DNA from: an uncultured delta proteobacterium
Lineage (GTDB): Bacteria > Desulfobacterota > WTBG01
Reading direction: 5' to 3'
DNA length: 64,000 nt
Assembly: GCA_963793865.1 (NCBI GenBank)
Contig: CAWCBP010000001.1
Location: 463,457-527,456 of the forward strand
Program-made: the position numbers and the translations under genes
Shown here: piece by piece, positions 50,331 through 60,369 of the stretch
Position numbering within the stretch: the first letter of the stretch is position 1
How the letters are laid out: each line of letters opens with the position of its first letter
Notes under the pieces: model-generated
Told to the model about the DNA's origin: nothing
The model's input: the letters and a program-made list of their open reading frames with translations, nothing else
Database searches by the model: none

Positions 50331-51080
50331 ATGTCTAAGAGTACGAGGATGAAACCAGGCGCAAAGAAGAGCTCACAAAAAAAGGCTTCGTCTCCTGCGA
50401 CTGCTCAAGCGCCCCAGGCTGCGGCCCCGGGCTCATGGGCGGGCAGCAGCAAGGCCATGTTTGAGCTCATGATCAAGGAGGTGCCGGAATCGCTGCAGGA
50501 TGTGTTCCGGGTGAAACTGATGGATATACTCGGGCAGAAGGCGAAGGGCGGTGCCTACCAGGAAGCCCAGGTTGTGGAGATCGTCAATGAAATCGTGCCC
50601 GAGCCGTTCAAGTCCAACATCCTCAAGGGTTTCGCCACCATGGGGGGTGTTGACATAAGCCTGGTTGAAGGCATCGTGGCTTCATATCCCGGCGGCCAGG
50701 AATCCGTCCCCGCCATACTTCACGCCCTGAAGGCCAAGTTCGGCCATGTGCCGGAAGAGGCGCTGCGGGTGGTGAGCCAGAAGAAAAATGTGTTCATGAG
50801 CACCCTCTACCGGCTGGTGACCTCATTCACGGCGTTCCCAACCGATTTGCCCAGGAAATACACGGTGAGCGTCTGTGACGGCACGGGGTGCCACCTCAAG
50901 GGCAGCGCTTCAATGCTGAAAAAGCTTGAGGAGAAAGCGGCCTCGCCGGACGCGGACATTAACTTGGAAAAGGTGAGATGCCTGGGCTGCTGCGACCTTT
51001 CGCCCGCGGTGCTGGTGAACGGTGAAATGTACAGCGGTGATGATGCCCATGCCAAGATTTCAGAAATGTTAGGTGAATGA
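50331..51080 (+). CDS. NuoE/HoxF-N-like [2Fe-2S] thioredoxin-fold electron-transfer subunit with N-terminal extension
   Basis: VSVCDGTGCHLKGS and RCLGCCDLSPAV cysteine pattern. About 100 extra N-terminal residues with a Lys-rich start. Confidence 0.7.
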   Translation: MSKSTRMKPGAKKSSQKKASSPATAQAPQAAAPGSWAGSSKAMFELMIKEVPESLQDVFRVKLMDILGQKAKGGAYQEAQVVEIVNEIVPEPFKSNILKGFATMGGVDISLVEGIVASYPGGQESVPAILHALKAKFGHVPEEALRVVSQKKNVFMSTLYRLVTSFTAFPTDLPRKYTVSVCDGTGCHLKGSASMLKKLEEKAASPDADINLEKVRCLGCCDLSPAVLVNGEMYSGDDAHAKISEMLGE

Positions 51081-51093
51081 TAAAGGGGAGTCT

Positions 51094-52804
51094 ATGAAAC
51101 AGGATAAACCGCTTGACCTGAACGCGATACAAAAGAAGGGGCTCAGCATGCTGGCGCCGGCGCGTGCCCGGATTACCGTCGGCATGGCAACCTGCGGATT
51201 GGCCAAGGGCGCGGGGAAGATTTTTGAAGCCCTGAAGTATGAGATCAAGAAGCAGAAAGCCAAGGCTGACCTGGTGGTGGTGGGGTGCAACGGCCTTTGC
51301 TATGCCGAACCCATTGTTGAAGTGATCTGCCCGGGAAAGCCGCGCATCACCTATGGCCGGGTGAGCGTGGAACGGGTTCCTGACCTGGTGGCCTCGGTGG
51401 CAAAGGGAGGCGTGGTCAAGGATCTGGCCCTGATGAGGATGGACCGGTTAACCGCGGAAGGCGGTGCATCGATCAAATATGCCGGGGCGAAGGTCCCCAA
51501 GGACGCGGCCGCGCTCAAAGAATGCGGGAAGCTTGATTTTTTCAAAAAGCAGATGAAGCTCATCAGCAAAAACGCCGGAACGGTCAGCCCGGAGCAGGTT
51601 GAGGAATACTGCGCGCTGGGCGGCTACCAGGCGCTGCTGAAAGCCGTTACCTCCATGAGCCCGGATGAGGTCATCAGGGAAGTAACCGTGTCCAAGCTCC
51701 GCGGCCGGGGCGGCGCCGGATTCCCGGCGGGCATTAAGCTGCAGGCATGCCGTCAGGCGGCCGGGGATGCCAAGTACATTGTCGCCAACGGCAGCGAAGG
51801 CGATCCCGAAATCGGCATGCACCGGAGCTTTCTGGAATCGGATCCCCACGCGGTCATAGAGGGGATGGCCATCGCCGGCTACGCGGTGGGTGCATCGGAA
51901 GGCTACATTTATTTGAATGACCGGTACCAGGTGGCCCACGAGCGGCTCACCCGGGCCATCGAGGGGGCGGAAGCCCTGGGACTTATCGGGAGCAATATAG
52001 CGGGTTCGGGATTTTCTTTCTCCCTGCGGGTGAAGCGGGGAGGAGGCGCGTACGTGTGCGGCGAGGAAACGGCGCTGCTCAACGCGCTGGAAGGCTCGTT
52101 CGGCGAGCCGAGACCGCGGCCCCCGTATCCCGCGGAGAGCGGGCTTTTCAACAAGCCCACCGTGGTCAACAATCTCGAGACCCTGGCAACCATTCCCGCC
52201 ATTATCGCCGGGGGCGGGGAAGCGGTACGCGGGCATCGGCACGCCGGGCAGCACCGGCACGAAAATCGTGGCCCTGTCCGGGCATGTGGCCAGGAGCTGC
52301 TGGGTGGAGGTCCCGCTGGGCATGGAGATCGGGGAGATCATTGAAACCTTCGGCGGCGGCGCCGCCAACGGAAAGAAGATAAAAGGTTTCCAGGCGGGAG
52401 GCCCGTCAGGCGGCATTCTGCCGGCCAAACTGCTGAAGATCAAGCTTGACTACGATCGCCTGGCCAAGGAAGGAAGCCTGCTGGGTTCGGGCGGGCTGGT
52501 GGTCATGGATGAGGATACTGACCTGCTGGAGATGGCAAAATTTTTCACCGACTTTTTTGCCGACGAGTCCTGTGGAAAGTGCAGCATCTGCAGGGAAGGC
52601 ACCAAGCGGCTCCAGCAGATCATCACTGATGTGATGGAAGGGCAGGGAACAAGCGAGCACATCGCCCTGGTCAAGCGCCTGGCATCAGCACTGTCGGATA
52701 CCGGCGCCTGCGCCCTGGGCAAAACCGCAGCGGTGCCCTTTATATCGGTGCTCAACCATTTCCCGCAGGTGATCGAAGGCAAACTGCTCAGGAAGAAAGC
52801 GTAA
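51094..52804 (+). CDS. NuoF-like NAD(H)-binding FMN/[4Fe-4S] flavoprotein subunit with N-terminal thioredoxin-like domain, carrying an apparent frameshift at about 52225
   Basis: GRGGAGFPAGIKL, then after the frame switch GTKIVALSGHVARSCWVEVPLG and the 4Fe-4S motif ESCGKCSICREG. Confidence 0.8.
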
Positions 52805-52844
52805 GGTCATAAACGGCGTAGCGATACGAGAGAGGATGATATTT

Positions 52845-53783
52845 ATGGTGAGCTTAAAGATAAATGGAAGGAAGATAAAGGCAGCGGAGGGCATGACCAT
52901 CCTTCAGGCGGCGCGGGTCAATGACATTGAGATACCCACGCTGTGTTCGAATGACGCGCTCAAGCCCTATGGCGCCTGCCGCCTCTGCGTGGTGGAGATC
53001 GGGAAAAACGGGAGGGTGACGGTGGACACATCCTGCACCTACCCGGTGAGCGACGGGCTGGAGGTGCAAACCAACACCCCCCGCATCAGGGAAGCGCGCA
53101 AGATGATTCTCGAGCTCCATCTGGCGCGCTGCCCCAACGTGCAGATTGTCCAGGAGCTGGCCGCGGAGTACGGGGTGACCGAAAGCGCCCAGCAGATGGG
53201 AAAGGATAATGAGTACTGCATACTCTGCGGGCTGTGCGTCCGCGCCTGCAACGACGTGGTCAAGGCGGGCGCCATCCAGTTTGCGGGACGCGGCCCGGGC
53301 AAGATGGTGGACTCGCCCTTCAGCAAGACCGCGGATGACTGCATTGCCTGCGGCTCATGCGCCTTTATCTGTCCCACCGGCATCATCAAGAAAAATGACC
53401 TGTTTTCCACCGCGCTCTGCACGCCGGACGGATGCGATCAAACCGGCCCGCAGCGCGAGATCCTGAACTGGAAGGTGGAGCACAAACTGAAGTGCTGCAA
53501 AAAGTGCGGCAATCCCTACGCGCCGGAGCCGCATCTGGAAAAGGTGAAGCGGGAAAAGAATCTGCCCAATGAATTTTTTGACATCTGCCCCTCGTGCCGG
53601 CAGTATCCGGTGGTTGACCCGGACAAGTGCCTGGGCTGCGGCGGCTGCATGGAGAACTGCCCCTGCGGCGCGCTGGAGCTCGAGGACAAGGGCGGTTATG
53701 ATAAAAAGGCGCAGCTCTATCCGCAGAACTGCACCGCCTGCCACAGCTGCGAGCTCATCTGTCCCATGCAGGCCATCAGCTAG
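52845..53783 (+). CDS. NuoG-N-terminal-like [2Fe-2S]/[4Fe-4S] iron-sulfur subunit (ferredoxin-type and His-ligated cluster domains only; no molybdopterin or H-cluster domain)
   Basis: I.INGRKI......TILQAA...IEIPTLC....L.PYGACRLCVVEI, CILCGLCVRAC, CIACGSCAFICP and CLGCGGCMENCP. Confidence 0.7.
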   Translation: MVSLKINGRKIKAAEGMTILQAARVNDIEIPTLCSNDALKPYGACRLCVVEIGKNGRVTVDTSCTYPVSDGLEVQTNTPRIREARKMILELHLARCPNVQIVQELAAEYGVTESAQQMGKDNEYCILCGLCVRACNDVVKAGAIQFAGRGPGKMVDSPFSKTADDCIACGSCAFICPTGIIKKNDLFSTALCTPDGCDQTGPQREILNWKVEHKLKCCKKCGNPYAPEPHLEKVKREKNLPNEFFDICPSCRQYPVVDPDKCLGCGGCMENCPCGALELEDKGGYDKKAQLYPQNCTACHSCELICPMQAIS

Positions 53784-53832
53784 AGAGTTGCCCCAATTCT
53801 GAATGACTATGTAAGCATCCAAGGAGGAAGTA

Positions 53833-55131
53833 ATGACGGTTTACGATCTTGCCATTGTGGGCGCCGGTCCCGGAGGTGTGCATGCTGCCAAGTGGGCGGC
53901 CAAGAAGGGGCTCAAGACGATTCTCATTGAGAAGCGCAAAGACATCTCCAAAATCACCCGTTACTGCAGCGAGCATTTGATACTCGATGAAGGCTATAAC
54001 GGGGATACGGTTTTGGTGGATCCTAAAAAAGGCACCATCACCTCGACGGCGAACGGGTGGGTGGTTGACTATAAAGGCGGTTTGTTCCCCTGCATTGATA
54101 AATGGTACTACTCTCCCAAGGGCAGGGCCATCCACTTCGCCTGGCCTGACCGGCGGCCGTATGCCTACAAGTACGACAAGGGCTTTCTGCTGGGGAGCCT
54201 GCTCGAGGAATGCCTGGCGCTGGGGGTCACCTTCCAAAATGAAACCAGCGGCTATGACGCGGTCGACAGCGCCCAGGGGGTCGAGATCAAGTGCGTGAGC
54301 AGGGGAAAGAAGGAGAAGGTGAAGGCGAAAAAGCTCATCATCGCCGACGGGTGCAACACCCGCCTGGGGCAGGCAATGGGTTTCAACGCCAGCCGCGGTT
54401 ACATGGGCTTTGCCCTGTGCATGGCCAGCTACATGTCCGGCGTGAAGAAATACAACCCTGAAGAATGGGTGCTCTGGTACGGCAGGTGCTACGGCTCAAA
54501 TCTCGCCCCCATCATCGGCACCGGGCCGGCCGGCCATTTTGAGGACTGGGCGGATGTGATCAACCTCGGCAGCCCCCGGGACCTGCCGGTGGAGGCATTT
54601 GGCCGGTTCACCAAAAACAGTCCCATAGCCGACCGGTTTGCAAACGCCAAGGTTGAAGAGCGGTACTGCTGTTCGGTCAAGGCCTTTACCCCCATTGCCC
54701 GTCCCTATAAAAGTAATACTATAATTATAGGAGATTCTGCCGCGTTTGTTGAAGTGCAGGGTCAGGGGGCTCTGAGCTGCGGTTATAAGGCCGCGGAGGC
54801 GGTTGCCAGGGAACTCAAGGGTGAAAAGGGGTTCGAGGAATACGCCGACTGGTGGCTTAAATCGTTTGAGTTCAATGACAAGGGGATGATGCAGGTGCAG
54901 CAGGGATATGCCTTTGTGCCCACCTATACCGATGACGAGCTTGACTACCTTTTCGGCCTGTGTGAGGACGTGCTCCTGGACGGGAGCTTCAGCCAGTACA
55001 AGTCATCCCGGATGATATGGGACGCAATCCTGCGCGACCCGAAGAAAATTGAGCGGGAACACCCCGCCACCTATGCAAAAATCAAGAGCGTCCGCAGCAG
55101 CACCCTTGAAAGCAGCCTCAAGGACGGCTAA
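53833..55131 (+). CDS. FAD-dependent oxidoreductase, geranylgeranyl-reductase-like fold
   Basis: YDLAIVGAGPGGVHAAKWAAKKGLKTILIEKR dinucleotide-binding motif. About 430 aa. AAGGAGGAAG RBS. Confidence 0.65.
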   Translation: MTVYDLAIVGAGPGGVHAAKWAAKKGLKTILIEKRKDISKITRYCSEHLILDEGYNGDTVLVDPKKGTITSTANGWVVDYKGGLFPCIDKWYYSPKGRAIHFAWPDRRPYAYKYDKGFLLGSLLEECLALGVTFQNETSGYDAVDSAQGVEIKCVSRGKKEKVKAKKLIIADGCNTRLGQAMGFNASRGYMGFALCMASYMSGVKKYNPEEWVLWYGRCYGSNLAPIIGTGPAGHFEDWADVINLGSPRDLPVEAFGRFTKNSPIADRFANAKVEERYCCSVKAFTPIARPYKSNTIIIGDSAAFVEVQGQGALSCGYKAAEAVARELKGEKGFEEYADWWLKSFEFNDKGMMQVQQGYAFVPTYTDDELDYLFGLCEDVLLDGSFSQYKSSRMIWDAILRDPKKIEREHPATYAKIKSVRSSTLESSLKDG

Positions 55132-55154
55132 GACGCGGGCGTTTGCTGAATCAA

Positions 55155-55190
55155 ACAAAAGCCGGGGATTTGCTTCCCCGGCTTTTGTTC
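55155..55190. terminator. Bidirectional rho-independent terminator (AAAAGCCGGGGA-loop-TCCCCGGCTTTT) between convergent genes
   Basis: A 12-bp stem flanked by an A-run and a T-run, between the FAD oxidoreductase (+) and the outer-membrane protein gene (-). Confidence 0.7.
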
Positions 55191-55206
55191 TTTCTTATGC
55201 CGTCCT

Positions 55207-56388
55207 CTAGAAGCGGTACATCACGGTGGGGGCGATGGCGAAAAGACCGGAAAAATTTGATCCCATGTCCAGCACCAGCTGAAATGACGGCGACAGTTCG
55301 ATGTTGGTTCCAATGTGCGTGCTCCACGGTTTCGAGGTCTTCTCCCGCACCCTGAACTTGACCGTACCCAAAACCGGAACGCGGGGGTCCCCCTTTATGG
55401 TGTTGGTGGTATCCCAGTAGGTTTCCCCCAGCCAGAGGTTGAGCTTACAGTCAGCCGCCTGCGTTCTCCAGCCGAGGCGGACGGAGTTCAGCATCGCCTT
55501 CACATCAGGGCTCAGGCTGTTGCCCAGGGGAATATTTCCCTGCAGCGCGCTGATGGTGTAATTCCAATCGTATGAGGCAAAGAATTTTTTATATCCCCCG
55601 ACGAGGGTGTAACCCACGCCGTAGGTGACGCCGGTCAGGTCAATGTGTATGTCAAGATCCCGGGGGTGTTTGCCAAACCGCTTGCGCAGGCGATCGTAGG
55701 GGGCAAGGCCTACTGAAGCATCGGCATCCTCGCGGGTGTACCCGAACAGCCCATAGACGTTCAAAAAGGGGAACAGCCAGGCGTCAAGGCGCAGCGCCCA
55801 GTTCAGCTCCCTGCTCTTCACCTTGATGTCGGTCAGCCCGTCCACGGCAATGGCCCGGCCCTTGATGGAAACCTGCGCGTCGCTCACGCTGATGTGCCGC
55901 CTGCCGTGATAGAAACTCGGCATTACTCCGAAGGCAAGGGGAAGGGTATGCCCCTTTGCTTCAGCCTCCTCTCCTAAAATCGGTAAAATCGTTTGCCATT
56001 TATGTGACGGGTTTGACCCCCCGGTGCCGGCGTCGTCAGCGGCAGCATCAGGTGCAGCGGCCTGCCGGTGCGCATCACCGTTCTCCGCGTTCTGTGCAAT
56101 CATGCTGCTCAGCCGCAGCTGCAACGGGTCTGAAGTTTCTGTTTCGTCAAAGAGAGGAAGCCGTGAGTGCGGTTTAATAACGCCATTCTCCTGTAATGGC
56201 GTATCCTCGATTATTGCTGCATGATTGGACAGCACCGGTTCATTTTCTGCCGACACGATAAGAGGCCGGATGATAATCATGGATAAAATAAAAATGGCGC
56301 ACCTGCACAGACTGCACAACGTCTCAAAGCGCGCGCCTGAATGAGTCCCGGATGTTTTTATCGGAGGGTATGGAAAGCACATTATCAT
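55207..56388 (-). CDS. Putative outer-membrane beta-barrel protein (porin-like)
   Basis: C-terminal ...TVMYRF with a terminal Phe and alternating amphipathic beta-strand patterns. Hydrophobic signal-like segment near the N-terminus. The start is uncertain. Confidence 0.5.
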   Translation of the reverse strand: MIMCFPYPPIKTSGTHSGARFETLCSLCRCAIFILSMIIIRPLIVSAENEPVLSNHAAIIEDTPLQENGVIKPHSRLPLFDETETSDPLQLRLSSMIAQNAENGDAHRQAAAPDAAADDAGTGGSNPSHKWQTILPILGEEAEAKGHTLPLAFGVMPSFYHGRRHISVSDAQVSIKGRAIAVDGLTDIKVKSRELNWALRLDAWLFPFLNVYGLFGYTREDADASVGLAPYDRLRKRFGKHPRDLDIHIDLTGVTYGVGYTLVGGYKKFFASYDWNYTISALQGNIPLGNSLSPDVKAMLNSVRLGWRTQAADCKLNLWLGETYWDTTNTIKGDPRVPVLGTVKFRVREKTSKPWSTHIGTNIELSPSFQLVLDMGSNFSGLFAIAPTVMYRF

Positions 56389-56694
56389 ATCTATGGTCTG
56401 TTGCTATAATCAAACAGAAAGAAGAATTCGATTTACGGAAAGTTGTATTTATCGGTTGACAGAGGCTCAGGCGGATGATAGTTAATTTCGAACCATAGCG
56501 CAGCCCTTATGAATAAAGAAAGCGGATGTAAGATATGGTAGCAGAATCCGAATGGGCAGTCAAATTTTTATGGAACTATTGTAGTGAATGCCGTTGCATT
56601 TGAGGGGCCGGCCCCGGTCCGTTGCGTAACGGCAGCGTGAGGAAATGAAGGCGAGGCCGGACAGGAATACCCACCGTGCGAGAGGAGTTTGGTT

Positions 56695-57462
56695 ATGGCA
56701 AAGGTAGCATGGAATGAGATGACTGCGTTCGCAAAAGTTATTGTGGAGGATTACAAGCTGTTTGAAGGACTGGAGCTGGTGCCGCTTGAGACCTACCAGG
56801 GCATGGACACCAGGCCGGCCTGGGAGTTTAAAACCCCCATGGCCACCGGCTTCTACAAGCCGTACCTCATCAAGGGAAGCGACCGGATCGAGAAGATCAC
56901 CATCGGGGAGCTGCATTACATGGGACGGGCCAAGTACTGCGCCCTGAACATGACCGCGAGCAACGATTACGACCTGCCCATCTATGCCTGCGAGTTTGAC
57001 GAGACGGCGCCGCGGGTGGGCGTGACCATGGATTTAATGCCCACGGTGGACATCGCCCGGCACGAGGAGTACCTGCAAAAATACTACCGGGAGATAGCGC
57101 CGCTGTGGCGGAAGTACCGAACCATACCCGGATTTACCCTTGAAGGCCGCTGTCTGGTGCAGAGAAGGTACGCGCCCTGGCCCTGGGCGCGCGAGTCGCT
57201 CTCTCCCTTCAGCCTTGACGGGCGGGTGGAGGAGAAGGAGGACCGGGTGAAGCTGATGGAGGCGGTGGTGGCCTATGCCCGGGTGTGGCTTAACCTGCTG
57301 AAGAAGGCGGAGCCCATCCGGGATGAGGGGTACCGGCAGGAGATGCTGCGCAGAAAAAGCAAAACCCAGAAATATTACCGCGATCTTGACCCGGGCGGAG
57401 AGGTGATGAAAAAGATTTTCGGCGCGGAAAAAAGCCACCTCTTCGTGAGCCTTGTCTTTTAA
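56695..57462 (+). CDS. Hypothetical protein, paralogue A; weak resemblance to ferredoxin-dependent bilin reductase (FDBR/HY2) family
   Basis: RBS GAGAGGAG. YDLPIYACEFDE...VGVTMDLMP resembles the FDBR motif LP.FG.D.V....AI.DLSP. Paralogous to the next gene. Confidence 0.35.
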   Translation: MAKVAWNEMTAFAKVIVEDYKLFEGLELVPLETYQGMDTRPAWEFKTPMATGFYKPYLIKGSDRIEKITIGELHYMGRAKYCALNMTASNDYDLPIYACEFDETAPRVGVTMDLMPTVDIARHEEYLQKYYREIAPLWRKYRTIPGFTLEGRCLVQRRYAPWPWARESLSPFSLDGRVEEKEDRVKLMEAVVAYARVWLNLLKKAEPIRDEGYRQEMLRRKSKTQKYYRDLDPGGEVMKKIFGAEKSHLFVSLVF

Positions 57463-57475
57463 AGGAGGTAGAGAA

Positions 57476-58204
57476 ATGGATGCAGGCGTAAAATGGACAC
57501 CCTATCTGGAAAAAATGAAGGGATTGATTGATTCGCTGCAGCCCACCGCGCTTCAGGAGTGGAAGGGGCAGAATCTTGCGCCCGCCCTGGAGTTTGCCAG
57601 GGGCCAAGCGCGGGGAGGGTTCAGCGCATACCGCGCTGACAAGCTGGAAAAAATAGGCATCGGCTCATTTGTCCATGCCGGCAACAGGCACTTTGCCTTC
57701 TGCAGCATCATGCCCGGGGAAGCCTATGACCTGCCCCTGTTTCTCTCGCGTCTCGATGAGGGGCCGGAGGAGGTCATTTTCCTGGTTGATATCATCCCCG
57801 CGGTGGACAGCCTGGTGGATGAGGAATACCGCAAGAAGTATATCGAGTCGGTGCAGCCCCTCTGGGACCGGTTTGCCGCCCTGCCCGGCATCTGTCCCGA
57901 GGAAAGCGATGTCATCCGCTCACTCGCCTCCATCATTTACACCGCGGCCCGGGTTCCCATCGAGAAGGAGGGGATGCGCCTGGCGGCCCTTGCCCCGCAC
58001 ACTGAATATCTCAAGAGCTACCTCGCGTTTCTTCCCGAGGCGGTGCCGGTTACCGATGAGGCGAAGAAAAAGGAGCTGGCGGCAAAACGCGCGGCGCTGC
58101 GCGCAACCCTGCGTGCCCATTTTTTCAAGGAAATGCTGCCGGGTCCGGCACGGGAAGAACTGGGTGATGGCATGATCGAACTGCTTAATGCTGTCTATTT
58201 TTAG
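57476..58204 (+). CDS. Hypothetical protein, paralogue B of the preceding gene (FDBR-like?)
   Basis: RBS AAAGGAGG. YDLPLFLSRLDE...IFLVDIIPAVD...PLWDRF parallels paralogue A (YDLPIY..EFDE...TMDLMP...PLWRKY). Confidence 0.35.
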   Translation: MDAGVKWTPYLEKMKGLIDSLQPTALQEWKGQNLAPALEFARGQARGGFSAYRADKLEKIGIGSFVHAGNRHFAFCSIMPGEAYDLPLFLSRLDEGPEEVIFLVDIIPAVDSLVDEEYRKKYIESVQPLWDRFAALPGICPEESDVIRSLASIIYTAARVPIEKEGMRLAALAPHTEYLKSYLAFLPEAVPVTDEAKKKELAAKRAALRATLRAHFFKEMLPGPAREELGDGMIELLNAVYF

Positions 58205-58217
58205 GGAGGGATGAGAC

Positions 58218-58628
58218 ATGTCGGTTATGGAAATGCTTGCGGCAGGAGCCGATTTTACCAACGCGGATGAAACGGCGCAGGGGATGATGGCTGATTTCAG
58301 CGACCACAAGGTGGGCATGAAGCTTGACGCGGACGAGTTCACCCAGGTGGTAAAAGACGGCAAGCTCTATCTGGAGCAGGGGATCCGCGAGGACTGCCAC
58401 GTGGTGCTGAAGCTGAAAACGGCCGATCTCTGCAGCGCCATCGACAACACCTTCGATCTCATGGAAATCAAGGACAAGGGGGAGCTGTTGAAGGGCGATA
58501 TGACCGATCCCAACGTTCCCGTCCACCTCATGGCCACCTTTCCCTTTTTCGATGCCATGGTCCGGCTGTATGAATCCGATCCCCGCTTTAAAAAAATGGT
58601 TGATGAGGTTAAGTCTACTTTGGGATGA
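58218..58628 (+). CDS. Small protein, possibly SCP2 sterol-carrier-like lipid-binding fold
   Basis: 136 aa with the pattern ...HVVLKLKTADLCSAIDNTFDLMEIKDKGELLKGDM.... A weak call. Confidence 0.3.
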   Translation: MSVMEMLAAGADFTNADETAQGMMADFSDHKVGMKLDADEFTQVVKDGKLYLEQGIREDCHVVLKLKTADLCSAIDNTFDLMEIKDKGELLKGDMTDPNVPVHLMATFPFFDAMVRLYESDPRFKKMVDEVKSTLG

Positions 58629-58640
58629 GGTGCCCTGCAT

Positions 58641-58847
58641 ATGGTGAAACATCTGGTCGATCTGGAAAAGTGCCGCGGCTGCGGGCAGTGCCTTGAGCAG
58701 TGCGGACTGGAACTGTGGGTTCTGGTGGAAACACCGGACGGAAAGAAAAAAGCCAAGGCAATCGAAGAGGCGGGCATGATCTGCCACTGCTGTCTTTCCT
58801 GCCAGGACGCCTGCCCGGAAAAAGCGATCACCATTCTTGACGAGTAA
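58641..58847 (+). CDS. 2x[4Fe-4S] ferredoxin (68 aa)
   Basis: CRGCGQCLEQC and CHCCLSCQDACP motifs. Confidence 0.65.
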   Translation: MVKHLVDLEKCRGCGQCLEQCGLELWVLVETPDGKKKAKAIEEAGMICHCCLSCQDACPEKAITILDE

Positions 58848-58924
58848 CGGGCCGGTGGCCGCTCATGAGCGTGTGAGCATCGGCGCAACCTGATTGTAAT
58901 GATGAATGATGAGAAGGAGTAAAG

Positions 58925-60273
58925 ATGCCCAGGGAATATGATCTGGTGGTGGTCGGCGCGGGGCCTGCCGGTTTGATGGCCGCCAAAACAGCAGCCGAAC
59001 ACGGGCTGAGCGTGGCCCTGATCGAGCGGAAAGAGCACATTACTGATATCAACCGTGCCTGCAGCATGATGGTGGTGACCCTGACCGGGAAATATCTGGA
59101 GGAGCGGGTACGCTTAAACAGCCGGGACAGGAAGCTTTGCTTCCCGGGATACGGTTTTACCGTCAACTATGACGGCCCCCACCGTGACTTTTACACCTGG
59201 GCCATATACTCCCACCGGGGCAACAAAATTCAGCTCGGCAACTATGAAGAGAACGAGCGCAAGGGCGAGAGCGGCAGGGTGAGCGCGACGTACGATAAGG
59301 GGGCGCTGCTGCGCTGCCTCCTGGAGGAGGCCCGCGCCCTGAAGGTTGATGTCTACAACCCGTATAATGTAATCCGGACCGATCTGCAGGGAGGCAGGGT
59401 GACGGTTTTCACCCGCGAGGGAAGATCCTTCAGGGGCACCTTCGTCATCGCCGCCGACGGTCGCGCCTCCAGAATAGCCCACACCCTGGGCTGCAACCGG
59501 GATCGGAAGTATTTCGGCACTGCGGTGACCCTGGGGTATGAAATGGTGGGGGTAAAGCCGCCGGAAAAATTTGCCCTCTTCCAGATATTTCTCGACGAGA
59601 CACCTTCCAAGCGGGTGTGGATGACGCCGCGGACGACGAAGGACACCTACTTCGTCATGACCACCTCGCTCACCCCCGGCGCAGACCTCGCGGGCGCCTT
59701 TGAGCGGTTTTCGAAAAAGGGTTTTTTCGCGCTCCTGGTTCGAAAAGGCAGAGATAAAGCGCACCCTGACTTCCGCGGGCAACGCGCTCTCACACATAGT
59801 CGATCCCTACAAGGACCAGGTGCTGCTTGTCTCCGACGCGGTGTGGTGCCAGGAGGCGGAGATGACCGGGGCGGTCATCAGCGGCTGGAAGGCGGCCAGC
59901 TGCCGTCAGCTTCGCCCTGGCCGATGGAAAGATATCGCGGGAAGGGGTTTCATCCTACCTCCGCTGGTGGAAAGAAGAGGTGCTGGATAAATACGATTAC
60001 CGGAGCATGATGCGCAATGCCGTGCTTCCCCTCCGGCTCACCCCTGACGAGATTGACTTCGTGCTGAGCCTGGTTAAAAAATCACTGCCCAGCATCCTTG
60101 ATCCTTATGAGACCCCCAAGCTGGTCGGCGGCGCCCTGGCGGAGATAATGCCGGCCGTTGCCAAACAGCGGCCCGCCATTCATCAGAAGCTTGCAGGGAT
60201 GCGCAATGTGCCGCTGGCCGCCGTTTTTGACGGATGCATCAGGGCGGGCTTCCCCATGCAGGCCCGCGGCTAG
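58925..60273 (+). CDS. FAD-dependent oxidoreductase (geranylgeranyl-reductase-like), paralogue of 53833-55131, with two apparent frameshifts (about 59722-59727 and about 59895-59905)
   Basis: YDLVVVGAGPAGLMAAKTAAEHGLSVALIERK. The C-terminal half is recovered in three frames colinear with paralogue 1 (AFERFSKK / SRSWFEKAEIKR...PYKDQVLLVSDA...GWKAA / SYLRWWKEEV...). The first shift is at a T6 run. Confidence 0.7.
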
Positions 60274-60369
60274 CCGCCCCACTGCGGCGATAATCCGGGA
60301 CGAGCAGTCAGCGGGGTGCAGCACAATGCCTGCCACACCCCGCCTTTCATTTTCCCCGCCCTTTCCACA

